This document shows positions 9,663 to 19,400 of a stretch of 64,000 nucleotides of DNA, one piece after another (within the stretch, counting starts at the first letter, position 1; every line of letters begins with the position of its first letter). The notes under the pieces were generated by a model, which worked only from the letters and a program-made list of their open reading frames with translations, was not told the DNA's origin and made no database searches. The stretch is from an uncultured Myxococcales bacterium. Its GTDB lineage: Bacteria; Myxococcota_A; UBA9160; UBA4427. Made by a program: the position numbers and the translations under genes. The DNA lies in NCBI GenBank assembly GCA_965603475.1, contig CBFDDD010000001.1, positions 111,157-175,156 of the forward strand, in the 5' to 3' direction.

Positions 9663-10373
9663 CTATCTCCCCATCTTCTTTCTGGCCGAGACGAAGCCGT
9701 TGTTCGGCGTATTTACTTTATCCGCCTGGGCCGTTTGGCACATATTGCAGTTGTATCGCGCGCCGTACACGTCGTCGTTCTTCTCATAATCCTTGACGAC
9801 CCAGACTATCGAGTCATCGGGATTCCCCTTACCCATGACCGGCGCCTTGAAATGGCTGTCCGGGAGCGGAACGTCCTCCTTCGACGTCGCATTTTCGGGG
9901 TGATGACATTCGAGGCATTCGTTGGCATCCATGGTGAAATGAACCTCGGCCCACGCGAAGGCCCCGACTGCATCGGTCGCAGCCCCCAATGTGTTCGGGT
10001 CTGCTGGCAACGACTCTCCCAGCTCGAATCGGCGAAGTAGACTGTCGGAAGTCGGTACAGCCAGTTCAGTGCCATTGGGTGACAGAGCGAGCGAGCGAAC
10101 AGTTTGCGCAAACCCACTATCAGCCGAGGCGGACTCGACGAAGAGCGGCGGTCGAAGATGGCCGGTCGCGAGATCGTAGACATCGACGCGATCCGATGGA
10201 GTACCCAGCAGGAGTTGGTCCCGGTAGATCGCCAGGTCCAGCACCATATGGTCCGCCCGGACCGAGAGCATGGGACGGGATGCCTGGGCCTCGCTGGCGC
10301 TGGTCACGCCGACCACCATGGTCAGAAGAGAAAGAACGACCAGGGAGAACAACGATCGAATCGCATCGGGCAT
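9663..10373 (-). CDS. secreted NapB-like c-type cytochrome domain fused to an N-terminal domain of unknown family
   Basis: Signal peptide ...VTSASEAQA. The C-terminal 90 aa parallel NapB: CLECHHPEN...PDSHF...RYNCNMCQTAQADKVNTPNNGF. The first site is CxxCH and the second reads CxxCQ. Confidence 0.65.
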   Translation of the reverse strand: MPDAIRSLFSLVVLSLLTMVVGVTSASEAQASRPMLSVRADHMVLDLAIYRDQLLLGTPSDRVDVYDLATGHLRPPLFVESASADSGFAQTVRSLALSPNGTELAVPTSDSLLRRFELGESLPADPNTLGAATDAVGAFAWAEVHFTMDANECLECHHPENATSKEDVPLPDSHFKAPVMGKGNPDDSIVWVVKDYEKNDDVYGARYNCNMCQTAQADKVNTPNNGFVSARKKMGR

Positions 10374-10622
10374 CCAGCCCAGTACGCGAGGCGACGCACC
10401 GAATGGCGGATGCCCGCCAGGCAGATCCTCCTCGCGCCGAATCGGCCTTGGGGCGCGTTCTAGCGCGTCTACAGTGGGCGGGTGCTCACTGCGAGCAGTG
10501 GCGGAGGAGAACGCTCCCCGTCATTGTTGATCGATGTGTCGGGGTGTCGAGGTGGCCGACCGATTCTTGCGTCATTTCGTCACTGAGGATGTGTCACAAC
10601 ACCCCGTTTCGGATTCTGACGG

Positions 10623-11435
10623 CTATCCAGAAGGAATATTGTGGTCGATCGAGTCGCTAGGCGTCGGTGACCCGATCGCGTAGATGCCCTGGAAGGGCGC
10701 ACCGGGTAGGTCGAGGCCTCCGATTTCCCATTGGTAGTCATTCGACGTGAGGTTCGCCGTCATCGCGCGGAGTTCGTCCTGGCTGTAGCAGCGCAGGCAC
10801 GAAACGAATCCATCCCAGAAAATGAAGAATGGAATGACCGGGACCAGGTAGGTCAGTGGAATCCAGCTCCAGCGAAACGGACGCAGAAACGGAACGAGCA
10901 GGAGTGCCATGAACGGTACGAAGAGCATGCTGAGCAGCGCAAGCGGGTGCCGCGCGACCGATTCGAAAATGGCGATGGATGCGCGATCCTCGACCGCATT
11001 CGCGAGAATCGCCGTGGCTTGTGCGGGGCGGAAATGGTGTAGACCGCTGAAGAGCGTTCGGAGCCCCTTCAGGTTGTCCGGGACGGCGGTGGCGTCGACC
11101 GGCTCGAATTCCGCACTGATGGTCGGGTTGTCTCTGGTGATGCGTTCGAAGGCGTTCTGGTTCGGGTAGAGATCGGTAAGGGTCGCTGTCACGGTAGGGC
11201 CTCCCTGGTTCGCGATGACGGCGAGAGCCGAAGGCAACGGCCCAGAGCCGCCCGAGCAGAGATCGACGATCTGGTCCTGATTGGCGCGTTGCAGCGCTCT
11301 CGCGAGCATGGGTGCCATCACGTCTCCGATGCGTGCGAGACGAGCCGCCAACTCGAGGTAGGCAGTCCCTGCATCGCGAATGACCCCGGGAAACCAGGGC
11401 TGGTCTTCTAACTCGAAGAGATGGAATCGACGCAT
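10623..11435 (-). CDS. SAM-dependent methyltransferase-like protein with C-terminal membrane segments
   Basis: HLFELEDQPWFP N-terminus. Motif-I-like IVDLCSGGSGP. Hydrophobic LLSMLFVPFMALLLVPFL and VPVIPFFIFW. GAGGA RBS. Confidence 0.6.
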   Translation of the reverse strand: MRRFHLFELEDQPWFPGVIRDAGTAYLELAARLARIGDVMAPMLARALQRANQDQIVDLCSGGSGPLPSALAVIANQGGPTVTATLTDLYPNQNAFERITRDNPTISAEFEPVDATAVPDNLKGLRTLFSGLHHFRPAQATAILANAVEDRASIAIFESVARHPLALLSMLFVPFMALLLVPFLRPFRWSWIPLTYLVPVIPFFIFWDGFVSCLRCYSQDELRAMTANLTSNDYQWEIGGLDLPGAPFQGIYAIGSPTPSDSIDHNIPSG

Positions 11436-11592
11436 TCATCCTCGCGCGACGGCGGCCGTAAACTGCGACTACAGGGTGTTGCTTCGAGAAGAAGGGGTTC
11501 AGTCTGTTTTCTTCTCGTCGCTAGAACCATGTTTCGGGATACAATAGAACTCCTGTGTATAGACAACACGCGTAGACACGAAGGAGAACAAG

Positions 11593-13296
11593 ATGGCGGA
11601 TATCACTGGAGGCCAGGCGCTGGCGCGCTGTCTCGCACAAGAAGGCATTCGTTTCGTCTTCGGGCTGCCGTGTCCCGAGGTCGATCCATTGCTGGCAGCC
11701 CTCGAAGAGAATGGGATCCGACATGTCGCGGTGCGACACGAATCCGCTGGCGCGCACATGGCGGAAGGTCTCTACAAGACCACCGGCCAGGTCGCGGCCG
11801 TACTCGGAAACCCGGGGCCGGGCTCCGCAAATCTCCTGCCTGGCGTGATTACGGCGCGCCACGAAGGTGTTCCGCTCATCGCGATTACGTCGCAGCATCG
11901 CTCGGGCATCGTCTACCCGTCGACGCCCGCGACTTTTCAGGGGCAGGACCAACTCGGAGTCTTCGCACCCGCCGTAAAATGGGGCGGGCCGATCTTCAGC
12001 CACGAACGAATCGCCGAAGTGACGCGTCTGGCGTTTCGCGAAATGTGGGCTGGCCGGCCGGGGCCCGTGCAGTTGGAAGTCCCAGGGCCGGTCTTGTACG
12101 AGACGTTCGATGAATCGACACTCGTGCTCGTTCCGCCCGACCGCTATCGACCCGGCCCGATCCTTCCAAACGAGGCACAGCTCGAGCAAGTGGCGGATCT
12201 CCTCGCGAGTGCGGAGCGTCCAGCCGTGATCGCCGGGGCCGGTGTAGATCGAGCGAATGCGAACGAAGCAGTGTTGCAGTTGGTCGATCAGCTCGGCTGT
12301 CCTGTGATGACGAGCATGGCGGGGCGCTCCGCAGTGCCCAGCGATCATGACAATTTCGTGTTTGCCTTCGGTCAGTCGGGTGATCTGGTTCGGCGCGAGG
12401 CCGATGTCGTGTTGGTCGTGGGCTCACGACTCGGGAATCTGGACCTGCCCTTCGACAAATACTGGGGAGATCCCGACGTTCAGCAGATCATCCAGATCGA
12501 CATCGATCCAAGGCACATGGGTGTGTCTCGACCCATTGCACTCGGCATTCTGGCCGACGCACGTGCAGCGGTCGACGGTCTGGTTCAGATTCTCGACAAG
12601 CGGGGCGTCCGCCGCGAGAAGTCATCGGATCTCGAGCGCTACCGTGAACTCGATCGAACGGCACACGCGGCGCAGCAGGAGGCTGTCGCAGCCTGGTCGG
12701 GGGACGGAGTTCATCCAGCGCGGGTCATGCACGCAGTGGGGAATGTTTTTGGTCGTGATGCGGTCTACACCGCCGATGGGGGAAACACGTCCCTCTGGGC
12801 CGCGCTGGTACTGCCGCCGACTCGTCCTCGTTCCTATCACAATATTCTCGAGCTGGGCATGCTCGGAACAGGCATTCCCTCGGCGATCGGGGCGAAGCTC
12901 TCGAGTCCCGATCGGGACGTCGTGTGTGTCACAGGTGATGGCGCAGCGGGCTTCAATTTCATGGAGATGCAGTCTGCCGTGCGGGACGACATCCCGATTA
13001 CGACGGTCGTTTGTGCCGAAGGTTCGTGGACGATGGAAGTGCCCAACGAAAAGGCGCGCTATGGCCGAACTTTCGGAACCGAAATGGGTGAGGTTCGGTG
13101 GGATCGCGTCGGTGAAGGCCTGGGTTGTGCTGGTTTCTTCGTAGATCGGGTCGAGGACCTCGAACCCGCCCTCGAGAAAGCACGCGCATCGAACCAACCG
13201 GCGGTCGTTTGTGTCCGTACCAACCGCGACGCGAATCTATCTCTACCGGCCGATGCGATGGGACGCTTCTTCGAGGTCTATCAAGGTCCGGTCTAG
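11593..13296 (+). CDS. thiamine-pyrophosphate-dependent enzyme (acetolactate synthase-like family)
   Basis: N-terminal GGQALARCLAQEGIRFVFGLP. TPP-binding GDGAAGFNFMEMQSAVRD. AAGGAG RBS. Confidence 0.85.
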   Translation: MADITGGQALARCLAQEGIRFVFGLPCPEVDPLLAALEENGIRHVAVRHESAGAHMAEGLYKTTGQVAAVLGNPGPGSANLLPGVITARHEGVPLIAITSQHRSGIVYPSTPATFQGQDQLGVFAPAVKWGGPIFSHERIAEVTRLAFREMWAGRPGPVQLEVPGPVLYETFDESTLVLVPPDRYRPGPILPNEAQLEQVADLLASAERPAVIAGAGVDRANANEAVLQLVDQLGCPVMTSMAGRSAVPSDHDNFVFAFGQSGDLVRREADVVLVVGSRLGNLDLPFDKYWGDPDVQQIIQIDIDPRHMGVSRPIALGILADARAAVDGLVQILDKRGVRREKSSDLERYRELDRTAHAAQQEAVAAWSGDGVHPARVMHAVGNVFGRDAVYTADGGNTSLWAALVLPPTRPRSYHNILELGMLGTGIPSAIGAKLSSPDRDVVCVTGDGAAGFNFMEMQSAVRDDIPITTVVCAEGSWTMEVPNEKARYGRTFGTEMGEVRWDRVGEGLGCAGFFVDRVEDLEPALEKARASNQPAVVCVRTNRDANLSLPADAMGRFFEVYQGPV

Positions 13297-13317
13297 GGCT
13301 AGAGCCAGACGTACGCC

Positions 13318-13839
13318 CTACGGGACGTGTCTCGCGATGCATTCGATTTCGACGGCAGCGCCTAACGCGAGAACGGCACCGCCGACGGTAATCCGTGCGG
13401 GGGGTGTTTCCGGGAAGAATTTGGAATAGGCCTCGTTCATTTCCTGGAACGTGCTCATGTCCGCGAGGTAGACGCTGACTTTGACGACGTCGCTGAGGTC
13501 GGCACCGGCGGCCCGCAATACGGTCTCGATATTTCGCAACGTCTGTGTCGTCTGCGGCCCTGTTCCGCCCGGTGCGAGTTCGAATTTCTCGCCGAGCGTT
13601 CCCAATGTTCCCGATACGAAGATCAGCTCTCCGGCAACAGTGGCATGGGAGAATTGGGGCAGACGGCCCAGGCCATCCGCGATTACGGACCGGTTCGGTG
13701 TCATCGTCATTGTCCTCTCCTTCCCCTCTGCCGCGGCGACGCCGTGGAGGAGGGCGATACTACTCATGAAGCTGCCTATTCCGATACTGAAGAGCCTGAA
13801 AGAATTTGCGCGGTCACGTCGAGTCATGTCAGTTCTCAT
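13318..13839 (-). CDS. RidA/YjgF family protein, possibly with a signal peptide
   Basis: C-terminal PARITVGGAVLALGAAVEIECIA is the RidA signature. An alternative start at ATG 13710 has a strong GGAGAGGA RBS and gives a 130-aa cytoplasmic form. Confidence 0.75.
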   Translation of the reverse strand: MRTDMTRRDRANSFRLFSIGIGSFMSSIALLHGVAAAEGKERTMTMTPNRSVIADGLGRLPQFSHATVAGELIFVSGTLGTLGEKFELAPGGTGPQTTQTLRNIETVLRAAGADLSDVVKVSVYLADMSTFQEMNEAYSKFFPETPPARITVGGAVLALGAAVEIECIARHVP

Positions 13840-13968
13840 CTTCGGCAGGTCATTGGTTGTGGCACGGAAAAGCTAGCGCGGAGGCAGAGCAGGTGCAGTG
13901 TGGGTACTGTGTCGCGGCCGCAGTTGAAAAAATTGGCGAATCCTTCAATGAATCCATAGGTGGGCATC

Positions 13969-14871
13969 ATGCGTCTATTCTCGAAGATCCTCGGAGGAGC
14001 CCTGGTGATCGCCCTGGTTCTGGCCGCAATCGCGCTCGTCCCGCCGCATCTGCAGATTCGGAGCGTGGAACCCGCACTGCCTGACGTCCCCGGGCTTCGC
14101 GCCCTTCTTTCGGTAGAGAATGGCCCTGTCGGTATCCGTTATGTCAACACCTCGAGTCAGGCACTCGGGCAGGGCGAGTTGGGACACACGGTGTTTCTCG
14201 TAGAGTGGGCGAACGGCAGTCTCTTCATGGTCGACGCCGGGATGGATCGAAAAACGGCGGTCGAGTTTGGCAAGTTGATGGAATCGGTGTTGGGCGCTGA
14301 AGAGGCCGTTTCGCATGGCACCATCGCCGAGCTATTAGGCGAGGACACGATGCGCGTGATGGGTGTTGGCTATACCCATCTCCACATCGATCACGCCCAG
14401 GGGACGGTGCCTTTTTGCACGGTGCGAGGTTCGGGGGCTTCGGTCTTCCAGACTTCCTGGCAAGCCGATCTTCACAACTTCAATACAGAGGAGAGTGCTG
14501 GGATCGTGGCCGATTCTTGTCTGGAACCGGGAATGCTCGGCGAGGGTGCCGTCATGGCGGTCGATGGCTTCCCGGGACTTGGGCTCGTAGCGCTCGGAGG
14601 CCACACTCCCGGTTCGACCCTCTTTGCAGTCGCGGTCGGAGACCATCTCTGGCTTCTTTCGGGCGACATCTCGAATTCGAAGACCGACCTGCTCAACGAT
14701 ATCGGGAAGGGGTTTTTCTACAGCTACCTCGTCGTACCGGAACACACTGGACGGAGCGAACTGTTGCGTCCATGGCTCGCCGCGCTCGATGCGAAGGCGG
14801 ATACGACCGTGATCGTGTCCCACGATCTCCCGGACATCGCGGCGAGCGGAATGGCGGAGTACAGCCAGTAG
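13969..14871 (+). CDS. MBL-fold metallo-hydrolase with N-terminal signal/anchor
   Basis: HxHxDH motif YTHLHIDHAQG. AGGTGGG RBS before ATG 13969. The track ORF begins at GTG 13960. Confidence 0.8.
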   Translation: MRLFSKILGGALVIALVLAAIALVPPHLQIRSVEPALPDVPGLRALLSVENGPVGIRYVNTSSQALGQGELGHTVFLVEWANGSLFMVDAGMDRKTAVEFGKLMESVLGAEEAVSHGTIAELLGEDTMRVMGVGYTHLHIDHAQGTVPFCTVRGSGASVFQTSWQADLHNFNTEESAGIVADSCLEPGMLGEGAVMAVDGFPGLGLVALGGHTPGSTLFAVAVGDHLWLLSGDISNSKTDLLNDIGKGFFYSYLVVPEHTGRSELLRPWLAALDAKADTTVIVSHDLPDIAASGMAEYSQ

Positions 14872-14891
14872 CGGAGCGTCGAGGCTGTCGC

Positions 14892-15707
14892 CTACTGGCC
14901 CTTGAACTCCGGCCGCCGGCGCTCGCCCATTGCACGCACGCCCTCACGGAAGTCCTGGGTCTTTTGAAGCCTATCCTGCTCGGCTTTTTCTCGATCGGTG
15001 GCGACTCGAATCTGATCGGCGAGGTCCCCTCGTAGGGTTTCGCGGATCGATCGGATTGCGAGGGGCGCTGAGGTTGCGATCTCGACTGCCCACTCATGCG
15101 CGACGTCGCGCAGTTGATCCGCTGGGGCGAGACGGTCGCAGAGCCCCATCGCGTGAGCCTCTTCTCCGGGCACGCGTCGACCGGTGTAGAGCAGATCCAT
15201 TGCGACTTGTGAACCGACCAGATTGGGAAGCGTCACACTCAAACCGAAACCATGGTGGAAACCCAGCCGGGCGAAATTCGCGCTAAAGCGCGACTCGCTC
15301 GTGGCGACGCGAAAGTCGGAGTACAAGGCCAGGCCAAGCCCACCCCCGATGGCCGCCCCCTGGATGGCTGAGACGACCGGTGTTTCGGTTGCGAATAGAC
15401 GAACCGCCTCATCGTAGAGATGCACGTTGCTCTTCTTCCCGACAGATCCGGTCGTTCCAGAGCGTGGTGCTTCCGTCTGCGAGGACGGAGCCGAAAAGTT
15501 GGCGCCAGCGCAGAAGTGTTTTCCCTGTGCGCAGAGAACGACGGCGCGACATCGATCGTCCGCGTCCAGACGCTCGAGAGTGTCGGCAAGCTGACAGATG
15601 AGCGATTGATCGAAGAAATTCGCCGGTGGCCGTCGGATCTCCAGCGTCGTGACGAAATCGTCGCCCATTTCGATGCCAAGATCGCCGGTCTGCTTAGTCT
15701 CCGCCAT
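14892..15707 (-). CDS. enoyl-CoA hydratase/isomerase family protein
   Basis: Crotonase-fold motifs: FCAGANF, AIQGAAIGGGLGLAL. Confidence 0.9.
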   Translation of the reverse strand: MAETKQTGDLGIEMGDDFVTTLEIRRPPANFFDQSLICQLADTLERLDADDRCRAVVLCAQGKHFCAGANFSAPSSQTEAPRSGTTGSVGKKSNVHLYDEAVRLFATETPVVSAIQGAAIGGGLGLALYSDFRVATSESRFSANFARLGFHHGFGLSVTLPNLVGSQVAMDLLYTGRRVPGEEAHAMGLCDRLAPADQLRDVAHEWAVEIATSAPLAIRSIRETLRGDLADQIRVATDREKAEQDRLQKTQDFREGVRAMGERRRPEFKGQ

Positions 15708-15734
15708 ATTCGGGTCTCCTCGGTCTATTCGAAC

Positions 15735-16904
15735 CTATCTCGGCAGTCCAACCAGACTGCGAGAGATGATCATGCGCTGGACTTGTCCGGTTCCCTCGAC
15801 GATATCCATGGCCTTGGCATCGCGATAGAGCTTTTCGATGAGATGGTCGCCGCGTGCGCCGACGGCCCCGAGCAGCTCGAGCCCTTGCGAGGTCGCTTCT
15901 TGTGCGACCTGTGCGGCCAGCGCTTTGGACATGGAAGCTTCGACGATATTCGGACGTTGTTCGTCGGCGAGCTGTCCCGCTCTCAGACAGACGAGTCGCG
16001 CCATGCGCACCTTGCGAGCAATGGCTTCGATTCGGTCGCGTACGCGTGAGTCTGCAAGGAGATCGTGCTCGCGCGCAAAGCGGATGACTTCATCGAGCGC
16101 CGCGCGGCCAATGCCCACTGCGTTGGCCGCGATCACCGGCCGTCCGGCGTTGAAAGTCGACATCGCCGCCTTGAAGCCAGCCTTGCGTTCGTAGCGCGTC
16201 TCGCCGCCGAGCAAGTTGGCCGCGGGGACCCGAACATGATCGAGTGTGAAGGACGAGGACTCGTATGCCTTGAGTCCCATCTTCTTCTCGATCTTGAACG
16301 GACCGAGACCTTCGGCCCCCTGCTCGACAAAGAAGGCACGTTGGGCTGCGCGTCCCTTCGTCGGGTCGAGCGTTGCTTGCACGAGAATCCAGTCTGAACG
16401 TGAGGCGCCTCCAATGAAGCATTTTGCTCCGTTCAGTATCCAACCATCGCCATCCTTCTGGGCCCTGGTCTGGATGGCTGCAGCATCGGAGCCGGCTCCC
16501 GGCTCGGTCATTGCGAAACACGCCCATCGCGGACGATCGGGATTCACGAAGGGACCGAGGTAGCGTTCTTTCTGCTCGTCGGTCCCGCTGCCAATGACGC
16601 TGAGCTCCGGTAGGCCGGGTCCGGGTCCGGCGATCATGACACCGCGGTCCCAGTAGGCGAACTCCTCCGCCTGGAGCAGTCTGGTGAGCGTCGAAGACTT
16701 GTTCTGGGATTTCGGCGCGCCATCAGGTCGCCAACGGGTTCGTCCGTCCCCCCGTTCGAGGCAACGGTCGAAATAGGCGTGTCCGACGGGGATGGGTCGA
16801 GCCTCGCGATCGGCTTCGATGCCAACGGGACGAACCTGCTCTCGTCCCCAGATTTGAAGTTTCGCTAGCGAGTCCCTTGTGGCCTGGTCGAGTGAGAAAT
16901 CCAT
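15735..16904 (-). CDS. acyl-CoA dehydrogenase (catalytic-type subunit)
   Basis: ACAD fold. The catalytic-base context DIVEGTGQVQR is present. Confidence 0.9.
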   Translation of the reverse strand: MDFSLDQATRDSLAKLQIWGREQVRPVGIEADREARPIPVGHAYFDRCLERGDGRTRWRPDGAPKSQNKSSTLTRLLQAEEFAYWDRGVMIAGPGPGLPELSVIGSGTDEQKERYLGPFVNPDRPRWACFAMTEPGAGSDAAAIQTRAQKDGDGWILNGAKCFIGGASRSDWILVQATLDPTKGRAAQRAFFVEQGAEGLGPFKIEKKMGLKAYESSSFTLDHVRVPAANLLGGETRYERKAGFKAAMSTFNAGRPVIAANAVGIGRAALDEVIRFAREHDLLADSRVRDRIEAIARKVRMARLVCLRAGQLADEQRPNIVEASMSKALAAQVAQEATSQGLELLGAVGARGDHLIEKLYRDAKAMDIVEGTGQVQRMIISRSLVGLPR

Positions 16905-17965
16905 TAGAGCGCCTCCCCTATGCCGATTTCGAGGGGCGCATCACTCGTGCAAATCTGCTGGCCGGATTCCTCGACGGCGGCGTCGAAGCCACCGAATAAC
17001 AAACCGAGCGCGCGTGCCTCGCGCATATGTTTCTCGACCGGATAATCGGCCATGAAACCGTGGCCGCCTAGAATCTGTACGCCGTTGGGGCCGATCGATC
17101 TCGATGCATCGATACACTCGGCAAGCGCCGAGGCGGCTGCAGCAGCTGCGGGAAGGCCAGCATCGAGTCGCCATGCCGCCTCGTGCACGAGCAGGCGAGC
17201 GCCGTCGAGTGCCATCTGCATGTCTGTAATCAGAAACGCCAGGGCCTGGTGGTGGCCGATCGGCTTGCCGAAGGCCTTTCGTTCCTTTGCGTATTCCCGC
17301 GAAAAATCACAGGCGGCACGCATGACACCGAGCAGGAGTGAGGCGACATAGAGACGGGCGCGGGCGCGTGCCCGAGAAGCGCCGACCAGATCCGAAAGGT
17401 GGGAGCTCGTTTGGGCGTCTTCGATGCGAAGCGCGCCGGCACCCGCTGCACGGAGACCCGCACCGCGGATCGGCTCGATTGTAAATCCCTCGTGGATGAT
17501 CGCTGCCTGGTCAGTGGCCAGGACGACGATGGCGTCGACTTCGCTGGCGGGTACCCATGGACACGTTCCACTGACGCGATCCGCGTGGATCTGGAATTGG
17601 CCATCGAGATCCGTCACGAGGAGGATGCGGCCGTCGCCTTCGGTCAGCCGGGAAAGGTCGCCGCCCATTTCCACGATCGGATAAAGGGCGGGTCCAAGCC
17701 TATCCAGTGCAAGGGCCGCACCCGCGTCCGCTGCCCCGAGTTCCTCGTTCACCAACACGCGCGCGACACAGCCGAGTTCAGCGCCGCCCTCTTTCTCGGG
17801 CAGTTCGAGGCCCGCAAGACCGATTTCGGCGAACGCGCGTTGCGTCTCGGAATCGACTGCACGATCTGCTTCCGCGGTGCGCATGCGCGGCGCCAGCACA
17901 TCCTCACCGAAGCGACGCGCGGTTTCGGCGATCAGCAGAAGGTCGTCGTCGGGGGTCAGGTTCAT
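16904..17965 (-). CDS. acyl-CoA dehydrogenase family protein lacking the canonical catalytic Glu (beta-type subunit)
   Basis: ACAD-like GGHGFMADYPVEKHMREAR, followed by LLFGG where the family has I.EGT. TAATG stop/start overlap with the downstream ACAD. Confidence 0.8.
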   Translation of the reverse strand: MNLTPDDDLLLIAETARRFGEDVLAPRMRTAEADRAVDSETQRAFAEIGLAGLELPEKEGGAELGCVARVLVNEELGAADAGAALALDRLGPALYPIVEMGGDLSRLTEGDGRILLVTDLDGQFQIHADRVSGTCPWVPASEVDAIVVLATDQAAIIHEGFTIEPIRGAGLRAAGAGALRIEDAQTSSHLSDLVGASRARARARLYVASLLLGVMRAACDFSREYAKERKAFGKPIGHHQALAFLITDMQMALDGARLLVHEAAWRLDAGLPAAAAAASALAECIDASRSIGPNGVQILGGHGFMADYPVEKHMREARALGLLFGGFDAAVEESGQQICTSDAPLEIGIGEAL

Positions 17966-17980
17966 CGACTCATCCTCTTC

Positions 17981-18742
17981 TCATTCGATCCGTTCTAGAA
18001 ACGATTCAACACATTGATTGAAATGGGCCGGCTGGTGGAAATTCACGGCATGTCCTGCATTCGGGACGATCACGTGCTTAGCATCTGGAATCTTTTTCGC
18101 CATGTAGCTCGAGGCTGCATGATACGCGCGGTCCTTCTCGCCAACGATCACGAGCGCAGGTACGGCAATTTTTGCTAGCGAATCGATCACGGAGCTGTCG
18201 CGCTGGGTCAGCATCCCGCGGGCCGCCATGGCGAGGCCCGCGGTTGAGGTGTGATCGGAGGGATCCATCTCGCGATTCAATTTGGCCAGGTGTCCGAGTC
18301 CATCCCTTTCCAGGCGGTTTGCCAGGCCCATGGCCATCTCGTTCCATTCTTCACGCGGCGGGTCGCTCTTGTAGCCAGGGCCCGTGTCTATGATGAGCAA
18401 GGCACGGACTCGCTCGGGATGTTGCATGGCAAAGGCGAGTGACATGTAGCCACCCAATGAGTGGCCGCCGATAATCGCGCGCTCGTGGCCGAGGGCATCG
18501 AGCAGCGCTGCCATATCGGCCACTGTTTCCTCGACGCTGTACGCGGCCGGCTGGCCAGGGCTATCGGACCGGCCATGCCCGCGCCTGTCCCAACTGATCA
18601 CCTCATGCCGGTCACAGAAGGTCTCGGCCTGCCCGCGCCACATCTGTGACGTTGCCGCAAAGCCATGGGTCAACAGAACTGGCGGACCGGATCCGCGTGT
18701 CTCGTAGTAGAGAGACGACTCGTTTCTTTCGATCTTGCTCAA
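17981..18742 (-). CDS. alpha/beta hydrolase
   Basis: PVLLTHGF; nucleophile elbow GHSLGG; C-terminal GHAVNFHQP. TTG start, with an in-frame TGA immediately upstream. Confidence 0.85.
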   Translation of the reverse strand: MSKIERNESSLYYETRGSGPPVLLTHGFAATSQMWRGQAETFCDRHEVISWDRRGHGRSDSPGQPAAYSVEETVADMAALLDALGHERAIIGGHSLGGYMSLAFAMQHPERVRALLIIDTGPGYKSDPPREEWNEMAMGLANRLERDGLGHLAKLNREMDPSDHTSTAGLAMAARGMLTQRDSSVIDSLAKIAVPALVIVGEKDRAYHAASSYMAKKIPDAKHVIVPNAGHAVNFHQPAHFNQCVESFLERIE

Positions 18743-18847
18743 TCAATTTTCCCGCGCAGAGGACACATCGGCCAGGGGGACGCGCATTCGCCCCTACTCT
18801 ACACGACGGTTCTTCCTGTCCGACAGGCGTTTATTCGGGTCGGGTGG

Positions 18848-19153
18848 CTACGAGCCGCCAAGGCGATGGAAGACTGACTCTGGGGTGTCGCCCGATGCTT
18901 CGGAGGCGATTCCGCCAAGGCCGCGCGTAATGGATCGACAGATGCTCTCCGGGTCGGGGATGCCTCGACTCTCGAGTTCGGCGGGAAGGAGGCGCTCGAT
19001 GACGACCTGGATCTGCTCCGGCGTGACGGAGCTCGCCGCAAGCCCCGCACTTTTCAGCGCAAGACGAATGGTGCCGCGTGCTTCGATGCGACTGAAGGTG
19101 GTCGCGCTCTCGAGCGCGTTGCAGACGTGGGTGAATGCGGCGGAGTCTGCCAT
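18848..19153 (-). CDS. hypothetical small protein (101 aa)
   Basis: ATG 19153 onward reads protein-like. The upstream part of track ORF 18848..19543 is R-rich and runs through the TetR operator. No family recognised and the RBS is weak. Confidence 0.4.
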   Translation of the reverse strand: MADSAAFTHVCNALESATTFSRIEARGTIRLALKSAGLAASSVTPEQIQVVIERLLPAELESRGIPDPESICRSITRGLGGIASEASGDTPESVFHRLGGS

Positions 19154-19400
19154 CAGAAACTCGTTTCGGAGGCAGTGGAAGCGCCGAATCGTTCCTGACA
19201 CGCGGCCGTCGAAACGAGATAGAGCGAGCCTGCGAGCGTAGCCATGCAATCTCCGGAGGTGGCGTCGACGAACTGATCGGCACAGCGGGACTCTGAGCTG
19301 AGGCGAGCTGTACGGGCCGAGGCCTCGTGGCGGGCGATTCTCGCGAGTGCGGGCCGCGGCGCCGAGGCGGAATTTCGTCTGATCTGGACAATCTTCTGTC

